This document shows positions 38,898 through 49,537 of a stretch of DNA of 64,000 bases, piece after piece. Below the pieces are notes generated by a model. The model had not been told where the DNA came from. It worked only from the letters and a program-made list of their open reading frames with translations, and did no database searches. The position numbers and the translations under genes were made by a program. The stretch is from an uncultured Dehalococcoidaceae bacterium (lineage in GTDB: Bacteria > Chloroflexota > Dehalococcoidia > UBA2979): the NCBI GenBank assembly GCA_964606125.1, contig CAZSFJ010000001.1, positions 1,409 to 65,408 of the forward strand. Reading direction: 5' to 3'. Positions within the stretch are counted from its first letter, which is position 1; each line of letters begins with the position of its first letter.

Positions 38898-40613
38898 CTA
38901 GGGCTGTACCTCTCGCCCTGGTGAGACTTGTGCTTCCAATATCAATTTATCTTTTTCACTCAGAAGAAATTCGAGTATCTCCTGAGCTCGGTACGCTGAC
39001 AGATAGGGTCCTATCTCACTAATATATCGATCACGGATGGTAAGTATAGGAATAGCATTACCGGAAGAATCATCGGCCCGAATATTACCGCCCACTGGGT
39101 TGGTGGTAGTAGAACCTGAATCTGAGACAGTTGAACGAGCTACCCCGGTCTCCTCTGAATTGTCCTTCGGGTCGGGTGCGCCTGATATCTCAGATCCGCT
39201 ATTTCCCTTCGGATTATTCGGCTTACCAGACTCGGCCTGTGTTTCAGCGGATCTCTGTAGTCTGCGAATAACTTCTAGATTAATTTTCGCATCAACATTA
39301 TCCTCATCGAGTCGTACTACAGCTGCAAATGAGCTCCATGCTCCCGAAAGGTCCCCGGTGGCAAACTGATTAAGACCTAGTAAATAATGAAATTTCGATT
39401 GAAGGATAGTGTCAGTCGAGCCTGATACTAGCATCGATCGAGTAATCGAACCTGACTCATCAAATCGCCCGAGTAGATGAAGGTTATTGGCTATATTGAA
39501 TTGCAGTTCATGCGGTATTTTCTCATTTTCATCATAAAGTAGCTCACGGGCGGTCTGATACTGCGTCAGTGATTTAGCATGCTCACCCTCAGAAAACAGT
39601 GTGTCAGCATACGTGAGATAGTCAGAGGCTGTGCTCGTGGTGCAACCCAGTGTCAAAACACTCAGCAACAAAGCTAACAACACAAATCCACGCTTAATAT
39701 AGACTGCCGCAAGATCAAGAATTACTGCGCTTAATAGTAAAACCCCACCAACCAACACAAAAATAAAATATCTCTCGGTCGGCTGTTTCTCAGCTAATCT
39801 CATATTGCCTCGAAGTTTACTCTCTTGCAGCAGCACCGATAAACCGGCTAGACTCTGCTGGTCCCACAAACGCCCGTTACTCGCATAAGTCAAGTCGCCC
39901 AGTCTATCGACATTGCCAAACGATATCTGACCATCAGGCATAATGCCGCCAGACTCGCCTCCTACGTAATATCCGTGGATTCTCACACCCATATTGGTTG
40001 AACGGCTTCTTATTTCTTCGACATTGAATGCAGGAAAATCACCATCACTCACCCATAAAATATAGTCGGTGCTGCTCTCCTGCCCTTCATCCAAAAGATC
40101 AAGTGCGGCACTTATACCAGGGATGGGATTAGATCCGTCTGTGACAAGAAATGACTCGTCTTGAGCATTGGCCATAATTCTTTTCAGGGCATTCATATCT
40201 GTCGTGAAGGGCGATCTCTCAAACGATTCGCCGGCAAAAACGATTATTGCCACCTCGTGATCGCGAATCAACCCCAACAAGCTGTTCACACCGGCATATG
40301 CTCTCTCTGCTCGTTCAATATCACTGTCACGAGCTAGCATCGAGTACGAAACATCCAATACAACGACTATCCTTGATTCAGCCTCAATTCTCTCCACCTC
40401 CGACATGCCCCAAGTTGGTTTAGCGAATGCCAGCACGAAGCACAGACTGGCCAATGCTAGACAAAGCAGCTTAGAAATTGCTATCCGAGATTCGCGATAA
40501 TCGCTCAACGCTATTTGCATGTTGCTCCTCGACACCGCTACAAACAGCAACAATATGTATACCACTAGAGCGGGTAGAATAAGCAGCAGACGAACTGGTT
40601 CTAGAAAAGTCAA
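38898..40613 (-). CDS. BatB-like membrane protein with VWA domain and TPR repeats
   Basis: N-terminal TMs, a VWA-like VVVLDVSYSM segment with D-x-S-x-S, a mid-protein TM, TPR-like repeats, and an Asp/Ser-rich C-terminal tail. Confidence 0.6.
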   Translation of the reverse strand: MTFLEPVRLLLILPALVVYILLLFVAVSRSNMQIALSDYRESRIAISKLLCLALASLCFVLAFAKPTWGMSEVERIEAESRIVVVLDVSYSMLARDSDIERAERAYAGVNSLLGLIRDHEVAIIVFAGESFERSPFTTDMNALKRIMANAQDESFLVTDGSNPIPGISAALDLLDEGQESSTDYILWVSDGDFPAFNVEEIRSRSTNMGVRIHGYYVGGESGGIMPDGQISFGNVDRLGDLTYASNGRLWDQQSLAGLSVLLQESKLRGNMRLAEKQPTERYFIFVLVGGVLLLSAVILDLAAVYIKRGFVLLALLLSVLTLGCTTSTASDYLTYADTLFSEGEHAKSLTQYQTARELLYDENEKIPHELQFNIANNLHLLGRFDESGSITRSMLVSGSTDTILQSKFHYLLGLNQFATGDLSGAWSSFAAVVRLDEDNVDAKINLEVIRRLQRSAETQAESGKPNNPKGNSGSEISGAPDPKDNSEETGVARSTVSDSGSTTTNPVGGNIRADDSSGNAIPILTIRDRYISEIGPYLSAYRAQEILEFLLSEKDKLILEAQVSPGREVQP

Positions 40614-40633
40614 TTAAACATCCCTACCATCTA

Positions 40634-41581
40634 CTAAATATTTCTTCTAAAAATTGTGGTACTCAGTATGGCCGCAATTCCAACAAATATCGAGGTAATC
40701 AAAGCGAGAACAGGAGCATATGATCTGTAGGTTAGAAATTCACGAGTTGTAATCTCTGAAAATTCAAGCTCAGCAATCGATTGATATGCGGCCGCGAGCT
40801 CACTTGAAGTAGACGCATCGAAGAATTGTCCAGCTGTTAGGTCAGCAATCATCTCGAGCTCTCGAGTGTCGAACATTTGATTCGGCAGGGTTACAGCTAT
40901 CACGTAAATTTTTATTCCGAGCGAACGTGATAATTGAGCAGCTTCAACTGGGGTAATAATACCTTCGTTATTCTCGCCGTCAGTCAACAGAATCACTACT
41001 CGTGATTTTGAATTTGATTCCGCAAGAAGCGACAGCGATTCAATGATCCCATCGCCTATTGCTGTCCCATCTTCTAGCCAACCGGACTCAATCCTGTCGA
41101 TCTGCCTATCTATCCCAGTCATGTCGTAGCTTAACGGGGATAAGAGGAGACTCGCGGATTGAAATACGACGACCCCTACGCGTCCTTGATCTTGTTTTTT
41201 GACAAATTCACGTATGATTTGCTTTGCTGTCTGTAATTTTGTGACGCCATCAGTTTTCTCAAGTTCCATAGAGGACGACACGTCTACTAGCATCACAAGG
41301 TCGTAACCTTCAATAGCCGCGGTTCTCCGAACAATCCCGTACCTAGGATCGGCTAACGTGATTATGGCGAAAATAATAGCAATCAGTAGAAATAGTTGCG
41401 GCATGAACCTCAACCTGAGCCTGAAAGTAGACCGTGCCGATTCAGTCAGCGCCCGAGTTGAATTCGCTATAGGTATTCTTCTTTCACGTGACAGTTTGCT
41501 AACAATAAGTAGTAAAAAGACAAATATCAGTAATAACAGCCAATTGTCATTAGCGAATTCCAATCTGTTGAATATGGTCAT
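40634..41581 (-). CDS. BatA-like VWA-domain membrane protein
   Basis: Two N-terminal TMs, a VWA domain (LVMLVDVSSSM, MIDAS DxSxS), and a C-terminal TM. Confidence 0.7.
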   Translation of the reverse strand: MTIFNRLEFANDNWLLLLIFVFLLLIVSKLSRERRIPIANSTRALTESARSTFRLRLRFMPQLFLLIAIIFAIITLADPRYGIVRRTAAIEGYDLVMLVDVSSSMELEKTDGVTKLQTAKQIIREFVKKQDQGRVGVVVFQSASLLLSPLSYDMTGIDRQIDRIESGWLEDGTAIGDGIIESLSLLAESNSKSRVVILLTDGENNEGIITPVEAAQLSRSLGIKIYVIAVTLPNQMFDTRELEMIADLTAGQFFDASTSSELAAAYQSIAELEFSEITTREFLTYRSYAPVLALITSIFVGIAAILSTTIFRRNI

Positions 41582-42516
41582 CCAGATTCACCTCGAGCAT
41601 ATTCAATTATTTCGTATGCCAACGTTAGATCCTGATCGATCGACCGTGGATCCGGGAATATCTTTGCATATACAGCCGAATCACTCCTCAATAACAACTC
41701 GGATATGAGTCTGGCCTGCCAATGTCGAATTCCGTGATCGACCATTGTGCTGCGTAATTCTTCCGAAGTAAATGCATCAGCTGGGAAGTCATATTTTGCG
41801 ACCAAATAAGTGCGGATAATCGTGGATATTTGATCATAAAATGCCTCAACCGCCTCTGAGTTTGCAAGATCGTACTCATGCAAGGTGGCGAGGCGTTGTC
41901 TAGCAGCCGCTTCGGCAGAAAGATCTGAGCTTGAGTTCGACTTATCATCATCAATCCTGTCAGAGGATTTCAGCACAATATATGTCAGTGCTAGCCCCAC
42001 CAAAAATAAAACTATGGCCGTGATGTAAAAATTACTTTCACTTTCCAGGCTCACCGATTCCTGTGGCTGGTTGCCCTTGAGTCCGACTTGACCAACTGGC
42101 AACAACGATACAAAAGTTGGTGTCTGAAATTCGGTAACTAATTCATCAGTCTGACCATCGTTATTAATTAAGAGAATCGTGACTGGAATACTCTCATTGG
42201 AAGCAGCTGATAAAAACTGTAGAGACCAAACAAATTCGGTGGCAATTTGATTTGTATTTTGGTATCCGACACTTATTTTTGGTAAAGACAACGGTTGAAG
42301 GTCTTGGTGAAATTCAGGCTCGACGTTTATAACACTTTTCGCTGGATGCGTCACTCGGACTATCAGTTCAGCAATATCACCCATGGATACTTCGTCAGGA
42401 GTGACTATTAATTCAACCGTAACTTTAGGTCCTGGGTCTGCTACCAAATAAGAAGGCGTAAAAGCTCGTTCAAGAAGTAACAGAGTAACCAGTGATAACA
42501 CAAGTAACCATTTCAA
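41578..42516 (-). CDS. DUF4381/BatD-like membrane protein
   Basis: Signal peptide, extracytoplasmic domain, one TM, and a cytoplasmic alpha-helical tail. Position in the Bat-type operon. Confidence 0.4.
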   Translation of the reverse strand: MKWLLVLSLVTLLLLERAFTPSYLVADPGPKVTVELIVTPDEVSMGDIAELIVRVTHPAKSVINVEPEFHQDLQPLSLPKISVGYQNTNQIATEFVWSLQFLSAASNESIPVTILLINNDGQTDELVTEFQTPTFVSLLPVGQVGLKGNQPQESVSLESESNFYITAIVLFLVGLALTYIVLKSSDRIDDDKSNSSSDLSAEAAARQRLATLHEYDLANSEAVEAFYDQISTIIRTYLVAKYDFPADAFTSEELRSTMVDHGIRHWQARLISELLLRSDSAVYAKIFPDPRSIDQDLTLAYEIIEYARGESG

Positions 42517-43484
42517 CTGCTTGATCTCCTTATATCCAAGGCTTTCTGGAAGAAAGAAGACACCAACTCTTTTGGGTCGAGTTCAGCCTCTATCAGGAGT
42601 TCATTGATGTTGTTCCCCGCCATGAGTTTTTGGTATTTACTCATCTGTTGATTTATAAAATTATGGATTGCAAGTCTTGTCTGATCATCCGACAAATCAA
42701 CGATGGTTGACTCATGAGTCTCGGCATCACGAGCCTCAAAGATGCCTCTCTGTCGCAAGATTTTCTGTGGATCAGTCTTGAGTCGTATCAAAGCTATCTG
42801 ATGAGTCAGGGCCAACTCGCCGATTCTCTCTATTCCGTCAACACTTGCAAAGTCCGACACAATAAATATTACGGAGCGTGCCTTGAGAACCCTTTTCGCA
42901 GCTTCAACACCATCTACTATCGAACTGAAGTGTACCCCGCTACGAGTATTTTGTTGCAAGTCAGAAAGAATTTCACTTAACACGTGACCAACTTTGGATC
43001 GATCTGCGGAAGGTTGAGATAAGCTTATGACCCTTTCAGAGAAGGTTATAAGGCCAACTCGGTCTTTCATTTCCATAGCCGCAAAACCAAGTAAGGCCAA
43101 AACACCAAAAAAACGCTGGTAGCCTACTCCATAAAGAGATGGAACCATCGAGGAAGAAACATCCACTAAGAAAAGTACCTCACGCCCCCGCTCTTCTTGA
43201 TACTGTTTAACCCAAAGATCACCATATTTCGCTGATTGATTCCAATCAATGTGCCGAATATCATCGCCATACTGATATTGAACAGTATCTGCATATTCAA
43301 ATCCGCTTCCCCTGAACATTGCCTTGTATCCACCCATAAAGTCAGCCAGATCAGAGACAAAAATGTCTCCCCGATACCCCCGAACATCGGCGCCGAACTT
43401 ATGGTGAGGGTATATATCGAGCTGATCTAAAGAGTTCGGTAGTACCCGCTGGAAAAAATCGTCGATTCCCGATAAGGTGAACAC
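42513..43484 (-). CDS. DUF58 protein (MoxR partner)
   Basis: REVLFLVDVSSSM VWA-like core. Directly downstream of the MoxR ATPase. Confidence 0.7.
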   Translation of the reverse strand: MFTLSGIDDFFQRVLPNSLDQLDIYPHHKFGADVRGYRGDIFVSDLADFMGGYKAMFRGSGFEYADTVQYQYGDDIRHIDWNQSAKYGDLWVKQYQEERGREVLFLVDVSSSMVPSLYGVGYQRFFGVLALLGFAAMEMKDRVGLITFSERVISLSQPSADRSKVGHVLSEILSDLQQNTRSGVHFSSIVDGVEAAKRVLKARSVIFIVSDFASVDGIERIGELALTHQIALIRLKTDPQKILRQRGIFEARDAETHESTIVDLSDDQTRLAIHNFINQQMSKYQKLMAGNNINELLIEAELDPKELVSSFFQKALDIRRSSS

Positions 43485-43495
43485 TGATAATCCTC

Positions 43496-44473
43496 TTAGG
43501 GGACCGATATCCGTTGAAGGAGTTCGCCAATAATGTCGTCGGCATTCACCTCTTCAGCCTGAGCGCGATATGTCAAAACCAGTCGATGGCGAAGTACAGG
43601 CTTAGCCAATCCTTTCACGTCTTCAGGAACTACGTAGTTACGACCATCAATCAGAGCGGCGGCCTGAGCACCTATAGCTAGAAAACTAGATGCTCTGGGT
43701 GAAGCCCCGTACTCCACCAAACCGTTCAAGATATCACCGGCGGTCTCTTCCATGGGTCGAGTGGCTTGGACCAACCTCAAAATATATCTACGAATTCTTT
43801 CGTCTATTCTCACCTCTCCAATAAGGCCTTGCAATTCAACCAATTCTGGCGCAGAAACAACTGACCTGACCTGGTTAGATTTACCCGACAATTGATGGTT
43901 CAGTACGGTAAGCTCATCTTCCTCTGTCGGATAGTCAACTTTAATTTTGAACATGAACCTGTCAAGTTGAGCTTCAGGGAGCCGATAAGTTGCTTCCTGC
44001 TCTATCGGATTTTGAGTCGCAAGCACAACAAACGGTTCGGGGAGAGTTAAGGTATGACCACCAATCGATACAGTATTTTCTTCCATCGCTTCGAGAAGCG
44101 CCGAGTGTATCTTGGCCGGAGCACGATTGATTTCGTCAGCCAAAATAACATTAGTAAACAACGGTCCCTCCCGCACATGAAATTCACTGTCCCGTGGGTC
44201 GAAAATCATGGTCCCTGTCAAATCAGCTGGGAGTAAATCAGGAGTAAATTGAATCCGAGCGAAATCAACAGAAATAGAAGAAGCAAAAGTCGAAATGGTT
44301 AAGGTTTTTGCCAGACCAGGAAGTCCTTCGACTAAAGCGTGCCCGCGGCTTACCCCAGCTATCAATATGAGCCGGACAAGTTCTTCCTGCCCGATCACCA
44401 CATCTGTTACAGCTTCAGCAATCTGAAGTAACTTCGAATGGGCATCGCCAAGACTACTTGGTAAATCGTCCAT
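43496..44473 (-). CDS. MoxR-family AAA+ ATPase (second copy)
   Basis: Walker A EGLPGLAKT, Walker B ILADEINR. Paralogous to 27539-28516. Confidence 0.85.
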   Translation of the reverse strand: MDDLPSSLGDAHSKLLQIAEAVTDVVIGQEELVRLILIAGVSRGHALVEGLPGLAKTLTISTFASSISVDFARIQFTPDLLPADLTGTMIFDPRDSEFHVREGPLFTNVILADEINRAPAKIHSALLEAMEENTVSIGGHTLTLPEPFVVLATQNPIEQEATYRLPEAQLDRFMFKIKVDYPTEEDELTVLNHQLSGKSNQVRSVVSAPELVELQGLIGEVRIDERIRRYILRLVQATRPMEETAGDILNGLVEYGASPRASSFLAIGAQAAALIDGRNYVVPEDVKGLAKPVLRHRLVLTYRAQAEEVNADDIIGELLQRISVP

Positions 44474-44518
44474 ATCTACAAGACTACAATATACGCGACG
44501 ATTCGGCTTTAAATCACA

Positions 44519-47500
44519 TTAAATACTTCCAACAGCTTTCAGTTGTGTACTCTCAATGCGACTAGGGGCCATATCTGACTCAGAATACTCAACCCCACCG
44601 AGTACACCTAGTAATGATTCCAGACGGGGAAGCATATCCGCCAATTTCTTGTCATCAATTCCCGCTCGTGAAATATTGCTCACTGAGTTATTTTGCGTGT
44701 GAATTCTTAGGGTTACTGAATATGCACCAGGACACTCATCCAAAATATCAAACACACTCTTGAGTCTCCTTATATCAGCGGGTAAATCTTGCGTTTCATC
44801 CATACGAATTAGAAGACCAGTATCGTGAGTAGACTCACTGATTTTTTCCTTCACTGCGTTGGTATTATCGGGGTGTGGTCTCACGGTAGCAAATTTCGTA
44901 GCCGAACGACTCCTATATTCACGTACTCGTATCCCAGAACTCGGGCCAATGCGAAACTGCTGTTCGTTGAAGTTCGGACCCAGTTGTTTTTGTTCGTGAT
45001 CCCAACCAACTATCCGCTTAACTGCAGTTGTGGTGCGCCCTGTCCTATTTGTACGCACTTCAGCTCTAGCGAGAATGATATTTCCCTCGCTCAATAACTT
45101 ACCGCGTGAGTAATGTTCATACTCTTTATTCCAAATCATAATTTCAGATGAACCTGTAAAATCCTCTACCCGTATCGCAGCAAAAGGTTTGTTACTCGCC
45201 TTAGCCACCAGTTCTCTAACCTCTGTGATCAACCCACCAATCACGACTTCTTGACCGGAAAGATTGGCACCTACTTCCGCTATAGAATGAGTGCTATATG
45301 CGCCGAGTGATGATTGTGCTTCACTCAGAGGATGATCAGTTATATAGGTCCCTAGATATTCTCGTTCCCATAACTGAATTTGCTTACTCGGTATACGCAT
45401 CGGGTCGCTGTCATCAAGTCGCCCCAATCCATGTGATGATTCTGAGACCATCATATCGAACATTGCTGTCTGACCAGTCTCACGCAGTTTGCGTGCTTGT
45501 TTACTTAGCTCTATTATTCGTTCAATATTCTGAACGACAACACCTCTACTCGCGAGCGAATCAAATGCTCCACCCTTTGTCAATGCTTCCAGCACTCTTT
45601 TATTTGCCGACTTTCCGGGAACCCTTGCCGCAAAGTCTTCCATCGAAGAATATTCCCCATTCTTCCTTCGCTCGTCAACAATCAATTCTGCTGTTAATGC
45701 TCCAACATCTTTAATCTGGCCAAGACCGTATCGAATATGCTCGTTATCAGCATCCACCTCAACGGAAAAATTCACTTCACTTCTATTCACATCCGGCAAA
45801 GTGATTTCTATCCCCAATCTCTGACATTCAGCAGCTGCCGAGGCTGTCCGATCACCAGCGGAAGAACACAAAACGGCAGCCATGTATTCAATCGGGTAAT
45901 GAGCTTTCAAAAATGCCGTCTGGTATGCAATCAGTCCATAGCAAACCGCATGTGCCTTGTTAAAGGCATACCCGGCAAATGGTTCAATTAAATCGAAAAG
46001 CTTCTCACCAAGACGCCTTTCGTGACCCTGTTCCATCAAGCCACCAAGAAAACTCTCCCTCTCCTGGATCATCACCTCCGGTATCTTCTTGCCCATAGCT
46101 TTGCGCATGACGTCAGCTTGTCCAAGTGAGTATCCAGCAAATTTTCTGGCTATCTGCAAAACTTGTTCCTGATAAGTAATAACCCCGTATGTTTCGCCCA
46201 ATATTTCTTCCAGATCAGGATGGAGGTAGTAGGGTGTTTCTAATCCCTTCTTCGCGTCTGCGAATTTTGGAATGTGTTCCATAGGACCGGGCCGATACAA
46301 TGCGACAAGTGCAGCCATGTCAGAGATACCTGATGGCTCAAGCATCCGCGATGCTTCCGTCATTCCGGCACCTTCCATCTGGAAAACACCAAAGGTATGA
46401 CCTTTCGCCATCATGTCACTGGTCTGGGGATCGTGATCTGGAATTTTCGACAGATCAACATGCTCGCTTCGAGTGACTTCGATAATTTCCAAAGCTTTTC
46501 CAAGGATCGTCAAATTCGTTAGGCCAAGATAATCAATTTTGAGTAGACCGACATCTGCGATATCATCCATTCCCCACTGTGAAATTGAGAAACCAGTAGA
46601 AGGATCGGGCCGCTGCATCGGTACTACCTCTAGGAGCGGATCCTTCGAAATGACAATCCCAGCAGCATGAGTGCTAGCATGCCGTGCCACTCCTTCTAAC
46701 CTTCTAGCAAGATCAACAATCTCTTTCGTTTCACTCTCTTGGGCATACACACTCCCAAGCTCAGAATTCTTTAGTGCTACTTCAAGAGTCGTGTTCACTG
46801 TGCTTGGCACAAGTTTGGCCAAGCGGTCGCCTACTCCTGGAGCAAAGCCCAGAACCCGAGCTGTATCTCTGATAGACCCTCGCGCACCCATAGTTCCAAA
46901 CGTGCCAATTTGTGCAACTTTATCTCGTCCGTATTTTTTTACCGTGTATTCAATGATTTCACTACGTCGGTCATCAGCGAAATCAAAATCTACATCTGGC
47001 ATACCTATCCGTTCAGGATTGAGGAATCTCTCAAAGACCAGTCCCCATTTGATCGGGTCAACGTCAGTTACTCCAAGACAATAGAGCACTATAGAAGACG
47101 CTGCCGAACCTCGGACACCCATCCGTATCTGTTGCGATCGGGCATACTCAGCTATGTCCTTGACTATCAGCATGTATTCGTCGAATCCCGTTTGCGCGAT
47201 CACACCAAGCTCGTAGGTCAATCGCTCCTCATGAGCCGATGTCACTTCGCTGTATTGTTGTTTTAATCCCTCGAAGGCAACCTCTCTCAAATAATCACGA
47301 GCCGAAATATGATCAGGCACACCGGGATTGGGAAGTTCAAGTCTGCCAAAACTCAAATCTATATCTACGGAATCCGCTATCACTTGAGTATTATCAGCAG
47401 CCTCCGGTAGATGAGGAAATAAAGCACGCATTTCATCTTCTGATCTAAGATAAAAGTCATGGCTGTCAAACTTCATTCTTTTAGGATCATTAATGGTGGA

Positions 47501-48169
47501 ATTTGTACCTATACACAGAAGTGCTTCATGAGCATGTCCATCTGAATCTATAGTGTAATGAGAATCATTTGTTAGAACCGGGGGCAATCCCAAATCCTCC
47601 GCCAGAGCAATCAGTTCCTCAGTGGGTTTCGCAAATTTTTCGATGCCGTGATTCATGATCTCTACGTAATATCTTCCAGGGAACACTTCTCGGTACCAGC
47701 TAGCTACCCGCAAAGCCTCTTCCTGATCATCTCTTATAACGGCCGACATCAACTCACCTGAAGGACAACCCGACAGTACGATTAGTCCATCGGATTTATC
47801 TCTGAGAAGCTCACGATCAATCCGCGGTTTTTGATAGAACCCTTCTGAATGGGCTCGAGAAGTCAACTCCAGTAAATTCCTATAGCCCTCCAGATTCTGC
47901 GCCAAAATAGTCAAGTGGTTCGGTTGCCGTTCTTTCGGATTTCTGTCTGACATTGCCCCATGAGCCACATATGCTTCAATTCCGATTATGGGCTTGATAC
48001 CGGCAGCTCTAGCTGATCGGTAGAACTCTAGTGCCCCGTGTAGATTCCCATGATCTGTAATCGCCACAGCATTCTGACCGAGTTCAACGACCTTGGCAAC
48101 CATAGAAGACATCTTGGACATACCATCTAGAAGCGAATATTCTGTGTGATTATGGAGATGTACAAACAT
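44519..48169 (-). CDS. dnaE: DNA polymerase III alpha subunit
   Basis: 1216 aa with an N-terminal PHP domain (FVHLHNHTEYSLLDG), polymerase core and an OB-fold. Confidence 0.95.
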   Translation of the reverse strand: MFVHLHNHTEYSLLDGMSKMSSMVAKVVELGQNAVAITDHGNLHGALEFYRSARAAGIKPIIGIEAYVAHGAMSDRNPKERQPNHLTILAQNLEGYRNLLELTSRAHSEGFYQKPRIDRELLRDKSDGLIVLSGCPSGELMSAVIRDDQEEALRVASWYREVFPGRYYVEIMNHGIEKFAKPTEELIALAEDLGLPPVLTNDSHYTIDSDGHAHEALLCIGTNSTINDPKRMKFDSHDFYLRSEDEMRALFPHLPEAADNTQVIADSVDIDLSFGRLELPNPGVPDHISARDYLREVAFEGLKQQYSEVTSAHEERLTYELGVIAQTGFDEYMLIVKDIAEYARSQQIRMGVRGSAASSIVLYCLGVTDVDPIKWGLVFERFLNPERIGMPDVDFDFADDRRSEIIEYTVKKYGRDKVAQIGTFGTMGARGSIRDTARVLGFAPGVGDRLAKLVPSTVNTTLEVALKNSELGSVYAQESETKEIVDLARRLEGVARHASTHAAGIVISKDPLLEVVPMQRPDPSTGFSISQWGMDDIADVGLLKIDYLGLTNLTILGKALEIIEVTRSEHVDLSKIPDHDPQTSDMMAKGHTFGVFQMEGAGMTEASRMLEPSGISDMAALVALYRPGPMEHIPKFADAKKGLETPYYLHPDLEEILGETYGVITYQEQVLQIARKFAGYSLGQADVMRKAMGKKIPEVMIQERESFLGGLMEQGHERRLGEKLFDLIEPFAGYAFNKAHAVCYGLIAYQTAFLKAHYPIEYMAAVLCSSAGDRTASAAAECQRLGIEITLPDVNRSEVNFSVEVDADNEHIRYGLGQIKDVGALTAELIVDERRKNGEYSSMEDFAARVPGKSANKRVLEALTKGGAFDSLASRGVVVQNIERIIELSKQARKLRETGQTAMFDMMVSESSHGLGRLDDSDPMRIPSKQIQLWEREYLGTYITDHPLSEAQSSLGAYSTHSIAEVGANLSGQEVVIGGLITEVRELVAKASNKPFAAIRVEDFTGSSEIMIWNKEYEHYSRGKLLSEGNIILARAEVRTNRTGRTTTAVKRIVGWDHEQKQLGPNFNEQQFRIGPSSGIRVREYRSRSATKFATVRPHPDNTNAVKEKISESTHDTGLLIRMDETQDLPADIRRLKSVFDILDECPGAYSVTLRIHTQNNSVSNISRAGIDDKKLADMLPRLESLLGVLGGVEYSESDMAPSRIESTQLKAVGSI

Positions 48170-48296
48170 TTCTTGCGGGACTCTCTAAAAGGATCAGTTG
48201 CCTATTCAAATGAACTATAGCAGGGGTAAGAGAATAACACTTAAGTTGCCACATTTGCAAGATTAGCTATGTGACCACGCAGAACGTTATTACCGA

Positions 48297-49532
48297 CTAT
48301 TCCTCAGCGGTACCCAACTCAAAAGCCTCATTCAATGCCACTACTGCCCTGTTAACTTCCGATCGATCAACCACACAAGTGATACGTATATCAGAGGTCG
48401 ATATCATATCTATATTTACGCCTGCATTAGTCAATGTTCTGAACATCTGAGCCGCGTAACCTGGCGAGTTCGTCATTCCTGAACCAACAACTGACACCGT
48501 CCCCAAGTCCGAATTGGTAACCACATCACGCGCCGAAAGTTCAGATTTCATCCTAGTGACCACGGTCTCAGCACTGGATAGCAAGTCAGGGGCCACCGTG
48601 AACGTTAGATCGGTAGTACCTTCCTCGGAGGCATTCTGGACTATAGTGTCAACCGAAACACCCGCCTCAGCTAGCGGCTCGAACAAGCTAGCCGCTATCC
48701 CCGGCTGATCAACCAATCCGCGAATTGTTATCTTCGCAACATTGGATTCATGGGTGACCGCTCTCGCCTTTTTCTCTTTCTCCATCTGGGCTTCCTTCCG
48801 AATTATTGTCCCCGGCTCGTTAGGATGATTAGTCGACCGTACATGAATTTCGACTTCATAGTCCTGGCCAACCTCTACGGCCCTCGGGTGCATAACTTTT
48901 GCTCCTGTTGTAGCCATTTCCAACATCTCGTCATATGAAATATCACTGAGAGATCGCGCTCGCGGACAGATTCTGGGATCTGAGGTGAATACTCCCGCCA
49001 CATCTGTGAAAATTTCACATCGTCCTACACTCAATGCTGCTGCCAGAGCCACCGCCGTTGTATCTGAACCACCTCTACCTAGGGTGGTAGTGTCCTGATC
49101 CTCATTAATACCTTGGAACCCGGCTATTATGAGACATCCCCCCTTGGGCATACGGTCTATTATTCGATCAGTGTCGATATTCTCGATTCTTGCGTCACGA
49201 AACATAGCCGTAGTTTTGATCCCAGCTTGTGCCCCAGTTAGTGACAGCGCATCGATGCCCCGCTCCTGCAGCGCCATCGATAGAAGTGCACTAGAAACAA
49301 TCTCGCCTGTCGAGAGGAGTGCATCGTATTCCCGTCCCGGTGGCTTATCGGTGATACTAGAAACCATCTCAATCAGCTCGTCCGTAGTATCACCCATCGC
49401 CGATACTACGACCACGACGGATGTGCCATCTCTACAAATTTCCGACAGCTGATTGGCTACTCGTACAATGTGATCAGTCGTCGCGAGTGATGAGCCTCCA
49501 TACTTCCTGACCACAAGAGAATCTGTCTGCAT
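48297..49532 (-). CDS. lysC: Aspartate kinase
   Basis: VRKYGGSSL...VVVVSAMGDTTD kinase domain plus two C-terminal ACT domains. Confidence 0.85.
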   Translation of the reverse strand: MQTDSLVVRKYGGSSLATTDHIVRVANQLSEICRDGTSVVVVVSAMGDTTDELIEMVSSITDKPPGREYDALLSTGEIVSSALLSMALQERGIDALSLTGAQAGIKTTAMFRDARIENIDTDRIIDRMPKGGCLIIAGFQGINEDQDTTTLGRGGSDTTAVALAAALSVGRCEIFTDVAGVFTSDPRICPRARSLSDISYDEMLEMATTGAKVMHPRAVEVGQDYEVEIHVRSTNHPNEPGTIIRKEAQMEKEKKARAVTHESNVAKITIRGLVDQPGIAASLFEPLAEAGVSVDTIVQNASEEGTTDLTFTVAPDLLSSAETVVTRMKSELSARDVVTNSDLGTVSVVGSGMTNSPGYAAQMFRTLTNAGVNIDMISTSDIRITCVVDRSEVNRAVVALNEAFELGTAEE

Positions 49533-49537
49533 CTTTA

